Below, piece after piece: positions 45,498-56,700 of a stretch of DNA of 64,000 nucleotides. Origin of the DNA: a virus. The notes beneath the pieces were generated by a model. The model was given only the letters and a program-made list of their open reading frames with translations. It was not told where the DNA came from and ran no database searches. The translations under genes and the position numbers were made by a program. The DNA is taken from IMG/VR virus record IMGVR_UViG_3300023174_000065; one strand, 5' to 3'. Each line of letters begins with the position of its first letter. The first letter of the stretch is position 1.

Positions 45498-48400
45498 ATG
45501 GGCATAGGTCGTATTACTGGTCCGCTGCTCGCGAATAATCTTCTTCGCGATGGTCGGAACTTAGCAGTTGAAACAGATTTACTTTATCTAGACGTTACTA
45601 ATGGACGCATCGGCGTTAAAAATGCAACTCCTCAATATAATTTAGATGTACAAAATAACGCTAGAATAGCAAATATATCCTTCACTGCAACAAACACTAG
45701 CAGTATTATTCTTAACACAGTTGGTAATTTGATTATCTCCTCTGGAGGAGATGATACCGATATAGTGATGCGAAATAATCTATCAGTTGAAGGTAATATT
45801 CATGCTGTTGGAAATATTACTGCCGGTGGAAACGTCCAAATTGGCAATGGCTCAGGTTCAGATGTTGTTGGAATTTTTGCAAATGTCATATCGGATATTG
45901 TTCCTCAAACAGACAATGAATATAATATAGGATCTGAACAGCAGTCATGGGCTACCGCATACGTTAACTCACTCATAGCAAGTAAGCTAGTGAGTCCAGC
46001 TGGCCAAGAAATTAATATCGGAATGCCGCTAAAGCAAGATGTTAATATAACCGATATTACAAATCCTACTATAAATTTAAATGGTCCTGTTAGAATTTGG
46101 GGAGATAATCCACTAGGAACTGCTCCTATAACTAGTAATGTTCTCTATGTTACTATGGATGGAAGCGATACGAATGATGGTCGCGCCCAAGATCCATCTC
46201 GTGCATGTAGAACAATTACTGGAGCACTCAGGAGTCCATTTTATCAACCTGGCACAAGTATTAAAGTTGCTGCTGGTAGATATTATGAAAATAATCCACT
46301 TGAATTAAAACCATATACATCCGTTATTGGAAGCGATCTTAGAACAACAGTAATTGAACCAATAAACAAAACACAAGATTTGTTTCATGTTCAATCTGGG
46401 TGTTATCTAGCACAAATGTTGTTTGCAAATGGTCAAAGTGGATTGCTTCCAGGACCAGGATATAAGCCAGGAACAAATCGCGGAGCATATGCTACTGCAT
46501 TTCCTCCTAACTATAGCTCACAAAAGATTGATCTTTATCATTCGCCATATATACAGAATTGTACTAACCAAAGTGGACCTTGGTTACAAGATGGCACAAT
46601 GTTTCTGCCAAATCAGACCGTGCAAATTCCACAGGCTGTTGGAACAGCAACCTGGATAGTTAATACAACTACACTGAGAGTCGTATTAAGTGAAGGTACC
46701 TTGTCTGTTGGTCAGAGTATTAATGCTGGACCGACTCCTCAAAGTCATATTAATGCTAGAACACTTCTTCTTGCTAATAAGCCATTTATTCAAGAACAAG
46801 TTATTGCATATATAGGTGTTAATTATCCTACTTTTGTTTATAATAAAGCAACATATCGTAGAGATATTGGAGTAATTGTTGAAAATATTGCTTATGATGC
46901 TGCATTTGGTGGAAATGAAAAATCTGTTGAAGGTGGATTGTTATATTGGGACGGTGTTACTAGTGTAATTGCAGATGGAATTACACAAACTGCCAGTGCG
47001 ATTAATTATATCAATACGCTATCACAATATATTATTGCAAATAATACTGCGACAAATTTATTAGGACAAGCACAGCTAGCTCCTCAGGTAATCAATTACA
47101 ATTTAACAGGTGGTTCTTCTGCTGGCTCGGTTATTACAAATCTAATAGGAATAATTTCAACAGTAGTTCAAAGTGGTCCATCTAGTGCTCCGCAAATTCA
47201 AGCTGGTAACGGTCCAGACTGGGGATCAGTGTCGGCAGAAGTATTATTACAATCAAATAGATCGTTTATACAAAACGAAGTTGTGAGTTATGTTAATTCT
47301 ACATATCCAGATTTTGTGTACAGAGAAGATTTGTGCTATAGAGATACGGGATTAATAATTGATGCTATTAGTCAGGACATTATTCTTAACGCGAACGCCA
47401 AGACAATTGAAGCCGGCAAAACATATTGGACTGGTAATATTAGTGCTGTTACTGGACAGATAACAGAAACAGTTAATGCTCTCTCTCGCGCAAAAGATAT
47501 AAGTCTGCAAATTGTCAATAATACAACAGTAACTACTACTGCATTTACATTTAATTCTACTAAATGTGCTCGTGATACTGGCCTAATTGTTGATGCAATT
47601 GCACAAGATCTTTTATTTGGAGGCAACAGTCAATCAACATTTGCAGGAATTCAATATTGGAATCATGGTGACTATGTTGGAGAAATTGGCAACGAGATAA
47701 CCACTACCACCAATGCCATCAAATATATAAGTAGCCTGACACAGCGAATTATTTTGAATCAACTAGTTACTCCTCTGCAAAATGTTGTTTCTCAAGTTAC
47801 TGCGACTTCTACTGCAACGGCAGCTGAAGTCACTATCATACGAAACGAATTCAACATTATCACTGATATTTTGACTAGTGGAACGGTTGGAGTGACTAAT
47901 TTAATTGTTCCAAATAGATTGACACCTAGTACAACAGCATCCGTTATTACTGCATATGATTTGATACAAAACAATGTTAATTTTCTAAAAGAAGAAGCAA
48001 TTGCTTGGGTAGAACAAAATAAAAATTTCAGATATACTACTGCAACTTGTGCAAGAGATGTTGGATTGATTGTTGATAGTATTGTTCTTGATCTCAACTT
48101 CCCTACAACCGCTTTAAGTCAGTCAACATTTGCAGGATTGCAATACTGGAATCAAGGCGGATATACTGGAGATATTGGAAGCGAAGTAACAGCTACAGTA
48201 AATGCAATATCTCATCTATCAGAAATTGCTAGTTATGTAATTGTGAATAATACCTCGAGTGGAGTGAGATACGCAGGAGTTCAACCAGTAACTAATCTTC
48301 CTGCGGCAGGAGCATCAGAACAATCGTTCCTGACCAAAGAATTTACTACAATCACAAACATAATTCTAAATGGAACAACAGGCACAACAGATCAAATTAT

Positions 48401-51400
48401 TTCAAACGGAATCGTTGCATCTTCTAGCTCTACTGTAAACAATGCATATAATATTCTTCAAGCAAATAAAGCATATTTACAAGCAGAAACTGTTGCATAT
48501 GTTGAAGCAACTAAGTCACCTGGATTTGTTTATAATACATCCACTTGCTACAGAGATGTGGGATATATGATCGACTCGGTAAGTTTTGATCTTCTTTATG
48601 GTGGAAATAGACAAGCAATTCAAAGCGGAGTATATTATTATAGTTTCAACGGTAGTACTGCTGTTCCAAATGAAATCGAACAGGTAATATCTGCCTATAA
48701 ATTTATTCTTGGGTTAAGTAGCAGTATTATCAGAAATGATCCAGTTAATGCTCTGCAAACAACAGTTGATCAAGTTTACACTACTACATCATCAAATATT
48801 ACAGTGTTCGATGATATCGATGAAATAGTAACACGAATTACTGATATCATTGAGTATGGTCCTGGAGTTGTTGATGTAAAGCAGCCTATCAGTTTGACTA
48901 AAACTAACGAAATAATGAAGGAATATGCTGCTAAAAATCTTCTTGCAAATAAAGATTTTATTAAAGCAGAAACAATTGCTTATATTGACAAATATCTAGT
49001 ATTTCAGTATGATCCTGAAACTTGCAGAAGAGACGTTGGATATATTCTAAATTCAGTTAGTTTTGACCTTCTTTATGGTGGAAACAGACAGGCAATTCAA
49101 AGTGGAGTTTACTATTGGGGATACAGTAATGTAAGTACTGCATTACCTAAAGAGCGTTCTGCCACCACACTTGCATATCAATACATGAAAAGATTGATGT
49201 CAGATATCGTTGTTAATAATAGAATAAGTACAACTTACCAAACATCATCAACTCAGGTAACTGGACTTTCTCCTGCAACACAAATAGAAGTTGATGCCAT
49301 TTCTGTGAATATTGACAAAATTGTCAATATCATTAACAGAGGTCCACAAACAGCTGGTGCCAAAACTCCAATTGGACTAGTTAGAAGCAACAATGTTTTT
49401 GTTCAAAATGCTGCTAATTTTCTGTCTGCTAACAGGGATTTTATTCAAAAAGAAGTTAACGCCTTTGTTAGTGAAATGCTGGTAAACAATGCTCAGGTAT
49501 TTTTACCATTCTATTCTAAGGGATCACAAGCAACTCTATCAATAACTAGAAACTTTAATATTATTTCAGACATAATTGAAAAGGGACCAGGAGTTGCTCC
49601 AATAATATCACAAGGAAATGGCATTTTTATTAAAACTGGCCTAAGTCCTGACGATATTAAAATTGCACCAGTTATTACTAATATAACAACTATAACTACT
49701 GGAGTATATCAAGTAGACATCAGCCAAAGTACCATTGGCTTTGGTGATAGTACTGTTCTATATTTTGGAGAAACTGCTGTATTTCCTCTACTTGACAACG
49801 ATGTTCCTGATAGATGGCAACAGCGTAGAATTAATCCAATTGGGTCAATGGGTGGAAGTCTTGTTGACGGTAAAGTAATATCAGACAGAAGTCCGATTAA
49901 GTCATTTGTTTATGATGCGTATACTCAAGTGAATCAGGGCGGCCGAGGCGTTCACGTTATTAACAATGGATACGCTCAGTTAGTTTCTGTGTTTACTATT
50001 TTCTGTAGTGATGCAGTGACCGTTGAGAATGGTGGTATCTGTTCAATAACTAACTCCAATAGTAACTTTGGTGATATATGTTTGGCAGCTAAGGGATATG
50101 GATTTAGAGAATTCTCTGGATATATCAAGAATCCGCCGGTTCTGCCTTATTTTCCTAATGGATTTTATCCTCAAAGAGGAACAGTGCAGGTTTATATTGC
50201 TGACCCAAGACTGCGCCCACATATTGCGCTAGTTATGGAAGTTGAACCTCCTGCTGATTTTGTTAATAATCAAGGACTTCCTGGATTCTTATCAGGAAAC
50301 ACTAGTATAGCTACATTGACAACTGGAACTATTACAATCTCTGGAATTGATAATACCGGAATGGTAATTGGACAGAAAGTATTTGTAAGAGATCAGTTTG
50401 GCAGAACATACGATAGTAATGGTGAACCTTATATAGTACCAGGCACACTTGTTGCAGATGTTTCTTACCAAAGTGTTACTTTAAATTATCCATTAAATTC
50501 AGGGGGCGGCGATCCTAATAACTCAAACTATTTTAGTTTATACACTTGCGGCAATGCTTATTATACAGTTCTATCAAGTACGGTTGCGGAAGATAAATTT
50601 AGCAGCAATCGTGTTCTTAAAGCATATAACTTACTACAGGCCAATAGAACATTCTTACAACAAGAAACAGTTGCATTCGTTGAGGCAACTAAGACGTTGG
50701 GATTCTCATATAATACATCAACATGTTATCGAGATGTTGGATATATTGTTGATTCAATAAGTTTTGATTTATTGTACGGAGGAAATAGGCAAGCTACACA
50801 AAGTGGTGTATATTACTACAATTTTGCAGGATCTACATCTATACCTGGAGAAACAACTGCAACTGTCGCTGCATTTAATTATATTGGAACACTATCGAAT
50901 AAAATTATTCAAGGAACAACGATTACACCATTGCAAACGGTTATTCCTCAATTTAAAAATGGAAATTATGGCACAATTAGTGAGGCAAACAGTGTTACAA
51001 ATAATATTAGTATTATAAACGATATTATTATAAATGGACCAGCTGGTTATGCAAAAACTCCGATAAGTTTAAATAGATCAACTAATCCTAATGTGCTAAA
51101 TGCTGCTAGGATTTTAAGCGCAAATAGGTCATTCATTCAAGCGGAAGTAATAAAGTTTGTTTCAAATAATTATCCGCTGTTGTCGTATACCACTGCCACT
51201 TGTAGAAGAGATACAGGTTTAATTGTTGACTCATTGGTTCAAGACTTGTTATACTCAACATCAAGTCAGTCAACATTCTCAGGTATGCAATATTGGAATC
51301 AAACCGGTTATACTGGCGGTATTGCCAGTGAGATTACTACTACTACCGCTGCGATAAGCTATTTAAAGAGTATTGCTGAAAATGTTGTACAAGGTATTGT

Positions 51401-53372
51401 GTCTCCTGGATATTCGACTGGCACACAGGTAACGAATCTTCCTTATTCTACTGAAATTGAAGCAAAAACAATAGGTTCAGACTTTGATGTAATTCTAAAC
51501 ATTTTAAATAATGGAACAGCGGGTGTTTCTGACGCAATTATTCCAAATAGTATAGATCCAATTGGCGCAGGATATTCACTGTTGCCAAGTCCTCAAAATG
51601 TCGAAGAACTATATAGTTTACAGTATCTAAGTACAATCACCCAATATATTGTTGCAAATACAACAGTTACTAATAAGTACGGCAAGGCTGCGCAAATTTT
51701 TGATAATAGTCTTGTGGGTGGAAGTAGCGCAACTACATTTATTACTGATAGACTTGCTCTTATAGGAAGTATAATTGTAAATGGTCCTGATAGTGCTCCT
51801 GCTATTACAAGAACAGGAGTTCTTCCATCTGGAGCAGCTTCCGCCGCTAGCTTACTTAATAAAAATAGAGCATTTATCCAAGATGAAGTAGTATCATTTG
51901 TTAATATAACAAATTATGGATTTACCTATAGTGAAGACAAGTGCTCAAGAGACTCTGGCTTAATTGTTGATGCGATTGCGCAAGATATACTATTCAGTAC
52001 TAGTAGTCAATCGACATTTGCAGGATTACAATATTGGAATCAAGGTGGTTATTCAGGAACTCTTCCTTCTGAAATTAATACAACTACATCTGCAATTCGT
52101 TATATTAGTAGTTTGACTCAGCAAATTATACTATCAACCACTGGAACAAGATACCAAAGTGTAAGTTCACAGGTTACTAGTGGCAATATAGGAAGTAACT
52201 TAGAAGTATATAAGGTAAAAACGGAATTTAACACAATTGTTGACATTCTTGTAAATGGTACAGCTAGTGTATCGGACATAATTCAACCAAATAGCTTAAC
52301 TTCAAGTACTAATGTAAATGTCATTAATGCCTATAATTTGCTACAGTCAAACAAAAATTATATTAAAGACGAGTTTATTGCATATATTAATTCTACAACG
52401 GTTGGATTTTCATATAACGAGGCCAACTATCGTAGAGATATTGGATATATTGTTGATTCTGTGAGTTTTGATATACTATATGGAGGTAACCGCCAAGCTG
52501 TTCAAAGTGGTGTATACTATTACAGTTATAATACAAGTTCGTCTGCAATTTCAAATTATGAAATAACTCCTACGATAGATGCATATAATTACATCAATTC
52601 TTTGACAACAAAGATTATATTAGGACAGGCGATTACTCCTAAACAAACCAAGGTTGCTCGTGTATTTTCTACAACTGCAACATCTGTGGAATCAAATCTT
52701 GCTCAAACTAATCTGAATCTGATTAAAACTATAATACAAGATGGTCCTACTGGATATGCGAACACTCCTATTTCTTTAACAAGAAGTACCAGTACTAATA
52801 AAATCGCAGCAGCTACTATTTTACAAGATAATAGAAAGTTTATTCAAGCAGAAGTGATTGCATATATTAATAACAAGTATCTTCCATATAATCAAACAAA
52901 ATGTAGAAGAGATGTTGGATTTATTGTAGATGCTATAATTTACGATCTAGATAAGGGTGGAAATTATAATAGTGTTATTGCCGGAAAGAGTTATTTTGCT
53001 ACAAGTGGTACGTATCATGTAGTGTCTCTTGAGGAAAATATTACAGATCCAGCATTGTTCCCGGATGATGCAATTGTAACTTTCTACCAAAGAAGTTATA
53101 TGTCTGCAAGTGGTTATTTGTTTGAATATGTTGGCGCCGGAACAAATTACGGATCTCTACCACAGGTAGGCAGAGCAGATCCTGTACAAAGTAAAGAAGT
53201 AGTTCAGTTAAATAATGGTAAAGTATTCTTTACTTCTACTGACCAAAACGGAGATTTTAGAATTGGACCAGGATTAGTAATTAGTCAGGCAACCGGTGTA
53301 TTGTCAGGTAGAACCTTTACAAAATCACTATTTGCTAATCTAACACCATTCATCTTAGCAATTGAAGGATAA
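45498..53372 (+). CDS. Giant virion structural protein: pectin-lyase-like beta-helix with 11 inserted ~160-aa helical CxRD repeats
   Basis: Start moved to ATG 45498 (SD GGGGAG). VLYVTMDGSDTNDG..RTITGAL..IKVAAGRYYE..VIGSDLRTT and SPYIQNCT/NNGYAQLVSVFTIFC beta-helix motifs; repeats C.RD.G.I(V/I)D....DLLYGGN. Confidence 0.85.
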   Translation: MGIGRITGPLLANNLLRDGRNLAVETDLLYLDVTNGRIGVKNATPQYNLDVQNNARIANISFTATNTSSIILNTVGNLIISSGGDDTDIVMRNNLSVEGNIHAVGNITAGGNVQIGNGSGSDVVGIFANVISDIVPQTDNEYNIGSEQQSWATAYVNSLIASKLVSPAGQEINIGMPLKQDVNITDITNPTINLNGPVRIWGDNPLGTAPITSNVLYVTMDGSDTNDGRAQDPSRACRTITGALRSPFYQPGTSIKVAAGRYYENNPLELKPYTSVIGSDLRTTVIEPINKTQDLFHVQSGCYLAQMLFANGQSGLLPGPGYKPGTNRGAYATAFPPNYSSQKIDLYHSPYIQNCTNQSGPWLQDGTMFLPNQTVQIPQAVGTATWIVNTTTLRVVLSEGTLSVGQSINAGPTPQSHINARTLLLANKPFIQEQVIAYIGVNYPTFVYNKATYRRDIGVIVENIAYDAAFGGNEKSVEGGLLYWDGVTSVIADGITQTASAINYINTLSQYIIANNTATNLLGQAQLAPQVINYNLTGGSSAGSVITNLIGIISTVVQSGPSSAPQIQAGNGPDWGSVSAEVLLQSNRSFIQNEVVSYVNSTYPDFVYREDLCYRDTGLIIDAISQDIILNANAKTIEAGKTYWTGNISAVTGQITETVNALSRAKDISLQIVNNTTVTTTAFTFNSTKCARDTGLIVDAIAQDLLFGGNSQSTFAGIQYWNHGDYVGEIGNEITTTTNAIKYISSLTQRIILNQLVTPLQNVVSQVTATSTATAAEVTIIRNEFNIITDILTSGTVGVTNLIVPNRLTPSTTASVITAYDLIQNNVNFLKEEAIAWVEQNKNFRYTTATCARDVGLIVDSIVLDLNFPTTALSQSTFAGLQYWNQGGYTGDIGSEVTATVNAISHLSEIASYVIVNNTSSGVRYAGVQPVTNLPAAGASEQSFLTKEFTTITNIILNGTTGTTDQIISNGIVASSSSTVNNAYNILQANKAYLQAETVAYVEATKSPGFVYNTSTCYRDVGYMIDSVSFDLLYGGNRQAIQSGVYYYSFNGSTAVPNEIEQVISAYKFILGLSSSIIRNDPVNALQTTVDQVYTTTSSNITVFDDIDEIVTRITDIIEYGPGVVDVKQPISLTKTNEIMKEYAAKNLLANKDFIKAETIAYIDKYLVFQYDPETCRRDVGYILNSVSFDLLYGGNRQAIQSGVYYWGYSNVSTALPKERSATTLAYQYMKRLMSDIVVNNRISTTYQTSSTQVTGLSPATQIEVDAISVNIDKIVNIINRGPQTAGAKTPIGLVRSNNVFVQNAANFLSANRDFIQKEVNAFVSEMLVNNAQVFLPFYSKGSQATLSITRNFNIISDIIEKGPGVAPIISQGNGIFIKTGLSPDDIKIAPVITNITTITTGVYQVDISQSTIGFGDSTVLYFGETAVFPLLDNDVPDRWQQRRINPIGSMGGSLVDGKVISDRSPIKSFVYDAYTQVNQGGRGVHVINNGYAQLVSVFTIFCSDAVTVENGGICSITNSNSNFGDICLAAKGYGFREFSGYIKNPPVLPYFPNGFYPQRGTVQVYIADPRLRPHIALVMEVEPPADFVNNQGLPGFLSGNTSIATLTTGTITISGIDNTGMVIGQKVFVRDQFGRTYDSNGEPYIVPGTLVADVSYQSVTLNYPLNSGGGDPNNSNYFSLYTCGNAYYTVLSSTVAEDKFSSNRVLKAYNLLQANRTFLQQETVAFVEATKTLGFSYNTSTCYRDVGYIVDSISFDLLYGGNRQATQSGVYYYNFAGSTSIPGETTATVAAFNYIGTLSNKIIQGTTITPLQTVIPQFKNGNYGTISEANSVTNNISIINDIIINGPAGYAKTPISLNRSTNPNVLNAARILSANRSFIQAEVIKFVSNNYPLLSYTTATCRRDTGLIVDSLVQDLLYSTSSQSTFSGMQYWNQTGYTGGIASEITTTTAAISYLKSIAENVVQGIVSPGYSTGTQVTNLPYSTEIEAKTIGSDFDVILNILNNGTAGVSDAIIPNSIDPIGAGYSLLPSPQNVEELYSLQYLSTITQYIVANTTVTNKYGKAAQIFDNSLVGGSSATTFITDRLALIGSIIVNGPDSAPAITRTGVLPSGAASAASLLNKNRAFIQDEVVSFVNITNYGFTYSEDKCSRDSGLIVDAIAQDILFSTSSQSTFAGLQYWNQGGYSGTLPSEINTTTSAIRYISSLTQQIILSTTGTRYQSVSSQVTSGNIGSNLEVYKVKTEFNTIVDILVNGTASVSDIIQPNSLTSSTNVNVINAYNLLQSNKNYIKDEFIAYINSTTVGFSYNEANYRRDIGYIVDSVSFDILYGGNRQAVQSGVYYYSYNTSSSAISNYEITPTIDAYNYINSLTTKIILGQAITPKQTKVARVFSTTATSVESNLAQTNLNLIKTIIQDGPTGYANTPISLTRSTSTNKIAAATILQDNRKFIQAEVIAYINNKYLPYNQTKCRRDVGFIVDAIIYDLDKGGNYNSVIAGKSYFATSGTYHVVSLEENITDPALFPDDAIVTFYQRSYMSASGYLFEYVGAGTNYGSLPQVGRADPVQSKEVVQLNNGKVFFTSTDQNGDFRIGPGLVISQATGVLSGRTFTKSLFANLTPFILAIEG

Positions 53373-53377
53373 AACAA

Positions 53378-53764
53378 ATGGCACTATTACCGTTAAACAC
53401 GTTTAAAACCAAAACATCAATACTAACTACAAATTCATCTACGAGAGTATATACTGCTCCAGTAGGGGTTACGGCAATTGTGCTTATGGCAAATGCATCT
53501 AATATTGATGCTGATAATACACATTTGATTACCTTTTCTCATTATAGAAATTTGCCTGTTTTGCCAGATACACAAGGAAATGGAGGACAGAGCGGCAACG
53601 TAATAACTGAGCAAGTAAAAGATTTTCCAATACCAACTAATAATGCAGCCACATTGTTGTCCGGTAAGTTAATTGTTGAAAGTTTGGACAGTGTTATTGC
53701 ATATGCAGATGCACCGGGAGTTATTAAATTAACTCTCAGTGTTCTAGAGACGGCTAACCAGTAA
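53378..53764 (+). CDS. Small beta-sandwich virion protein
   Basis: VYTAPVGVTAIVLMANASN..IPTNNAATLLSGKLIVESLDSV; paralog of 44325-44639. Confidence 0.8.
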   Translation: MALLPLNTFKTKTSILTTNSSTRVYTAPVGVTAIVLMANASNIDADNTHLITFSHYRNLPVLPDTQGNGGQSGNVITEQVKDFPIPTNNAATLLSGKLIVESLDSVIAYADAPGVIKLTLSVLETANQ

Positions 53765-53765
53765 G

Positions 53766-56700
53766 ATGCCTACGCTATTAAACAACTCAAAAGGATTAGT
53801 GGGTACTTCTGGCACCGGTACCTTCTTTATTACCCTCGAAACGGCCCAGCCGCTATTGGGACGTACTCCTAGTACTGAGACTGGATTTACATTAGTAACA
53901 GGTCCCGCTGGTCTTTTGGTGTTTACTAGTACCATAGGACAAGTATATTTTGCTGACAGTACCATAACTTCTGCTAGACAAAATGGTATATTGACCATTA
54001 CTTCGGTTGGAACTGGTACGGTTAACATTACAGGAAACTCATATTTTGACGGCCAACGAGTAACAAGTAATGTTGCAAACATCACTGAAGCCAACTTAAC
54101 TAAGTTAAATGTACTAAGCACTGCTAGTTTCTATGGACCAGTGCAATATTATAATACTGTTACATATGTTACTAGTCAAAATACGCAGTACACTGATAGT
54201 ATTGTTGAATTACATGTGGCGAATACTGCATCAGTTGATACTTTATGGACCACTGATGATGCTAAGAATATTGGATTTAGATTCCATTATTATAAAGGAG
54301 TCTATCCAGATGGTACTGGCACACAAGGCGCATTAATTTTAAATAGTGTTACTGAGGATCTTGAATGGTGGAGTGATGTAACCACCGGAACTAGTTTCAC
54401 CGGAGTTACTTATGGAAAATTTAGAACTGGATCAATTCATTTAACTAGTTCAACAAATGCAGTTTCTACAACTACTGGTGCATTTACTGTTACAGGTGGT
54501 ATTGGAATTGGCAAAGACATATATGCTGGTGGTAATGTAAAAATATTAGGAACTGCTACTAATTATTTTGTAGGTCCTATTAGTATTGGCACACAGTCTA
54601 ATAATGATCAGATTCACATTAAAAATTCTACTGCAGGAATTAGACTAGAAAGTACTACAACAAATTATGCAAGATTTAGAACTGATTCCAGTGGCTCGGT
54701 ATATCTTGATGCCAATCAGTCTGCAAGTGCGGTTCCAAGTATTATTGCGTTTACTAATAAAAATGTAGAAGTCGCAAGATTTAATAGCCTAAATTATCTT
54801 GGAATTAATAACACTGATCCTCAATATAGATTAGATGTTAACGGACCTACTAGATTTACAAGCGCCACTCTTTTTACTTCTAATATTGATAGCAATTCCA
54901 CTGGATCTGGCGCAGTAATTATAACAGGTGGATTAGGTGTAGGTAGTCAACTTACTGCTAACACTGTTGCAACAACCTATCTTACTGGAGATAACAATTC
55001 CGATATTACAGTACGAGCAACAGGATCTCTGATTTTAACATCTCCTACTAAATTGGCAGTCAATAGTACACTTGATAGTACTGGCACAGATAACGGTTCA
55101 GTTGTTATAAAAGGCGGAGTTGGTATTGCTAAAAAACTTTATGTTGGCAATTTAATTTATAGCCAGGGAAATGAAGTTTTAACTACCGCCACTAGTTTAA
55201 ATTTTGGTGTTTCTCAGTTAACGGCAGGCACCGATACTGCGGTGTCAACCTCCACTGGTATAGTAACAGTATGGAATACTAGCACACTCCAAACAATAAC
55301 TGGTAGAGGTAATTCAACTACTAATACGATTATTATTGCAAATACAGCATCATCTACTTCTACCAATACTGGTGCGTTAACCGTTGCAGGTGGCGTGGGA
55401 GTTGGTGGTGCAATTAATGCAAAAACTATATACGAAGATTTGGCAAGAGTTGTTAGTACAGCAACTATTAAGAATTATGCAGTTACTACTGCCACTGCTG
55501 GAACTGATACATCGGTTTCTCTTGATACATTGACCGGCAATCTAACAATTTGGAATATTAGTACACTCCAAACAGTAACGGGTAGAGGCAATTCAACCAC
55601 TAATACAATTAGTATTACAAATACTGCATCATCAACTTCTACTAATACTGGCGCATTAACAGTTGCCGGCGGCGTTGGTATTAGCGACAGTTTGTATGTA
55701 GGAAATTATATTGCTGTTAAAAATATTACTTCTTTTCCTACTAACTCTAATATTAATATTGATCCTGACGGCACTGGAAGTGTAGTTTTTACTACCTCTA
55801 CCCAAGTGTATGTAAACAGCAATGTTGCTAGTACAACAACTAATTCTGGTGCATTGATAGTCACTGGCGGAGTAGGTGTTGGTGGAACTATTTCAAATCG
55901 TGGATTAATTGTTGTAAGCACTAATACAGTTGTTGGATCAGTCTGGATAGGTGGTACATATCCGGTTGGCGGCGGATCTTTTGTGTATGATGGCGGTAGT
56001 GATGGCGTTTTTCCATTTACAAATATTGCGACAACAGCAGGTGCTTATACTGCGTTTAGAACCAATGGTCAAGTTGATCTCCTATCAATCTATAATACCG
56101 GAACAGTAATTGTTAATTCTAACACATCGGCCACAAGCACTAATTCTGGAGCATTTCAGGTTGTTGGTGGTGCAGGAATTGGACGAGATCTGTATGTAGG
56201 CGGAAAAATCGTAAGTTCAGGCAGTAATGTTATAACTGAGGCAACAATAGCTAATTATGGCGTTTCTAAAATAAATGCTGGTACCGGTACTGCTGTTAGC
56301 ACATCATCGGGTGTTGTTACAATTTGGAGCACTGCAAGTTTACAAACGGTAACTGATTATGGAAATTCAACTACAAATATTGTTATAATTAATACTACTA
56401 CAAATTCAACGTCAACTAATTCTGGTGCATTACAAGTTATTGGTGGTGTTGGAATTGGCGGTAATATGCATCTTGGTGGCAACATTGTTATGTACAATGC
56501 CGCATTGGTTCAAAAGTTATCAGGAATAGCAGTAGGAATAACATCTGCTACTATTGATACTTTCTCAATGAGTGCATATCGATCTGCAAAATATGTTGTT
56601 AGTGCAAGTAATAGTTTTGTTAATCAATATCAATCAAGTGAAATATTAGTAGTACATGATGGTATTACTCCTTATCTGCAAAGTACATCCGTGTTCACTG

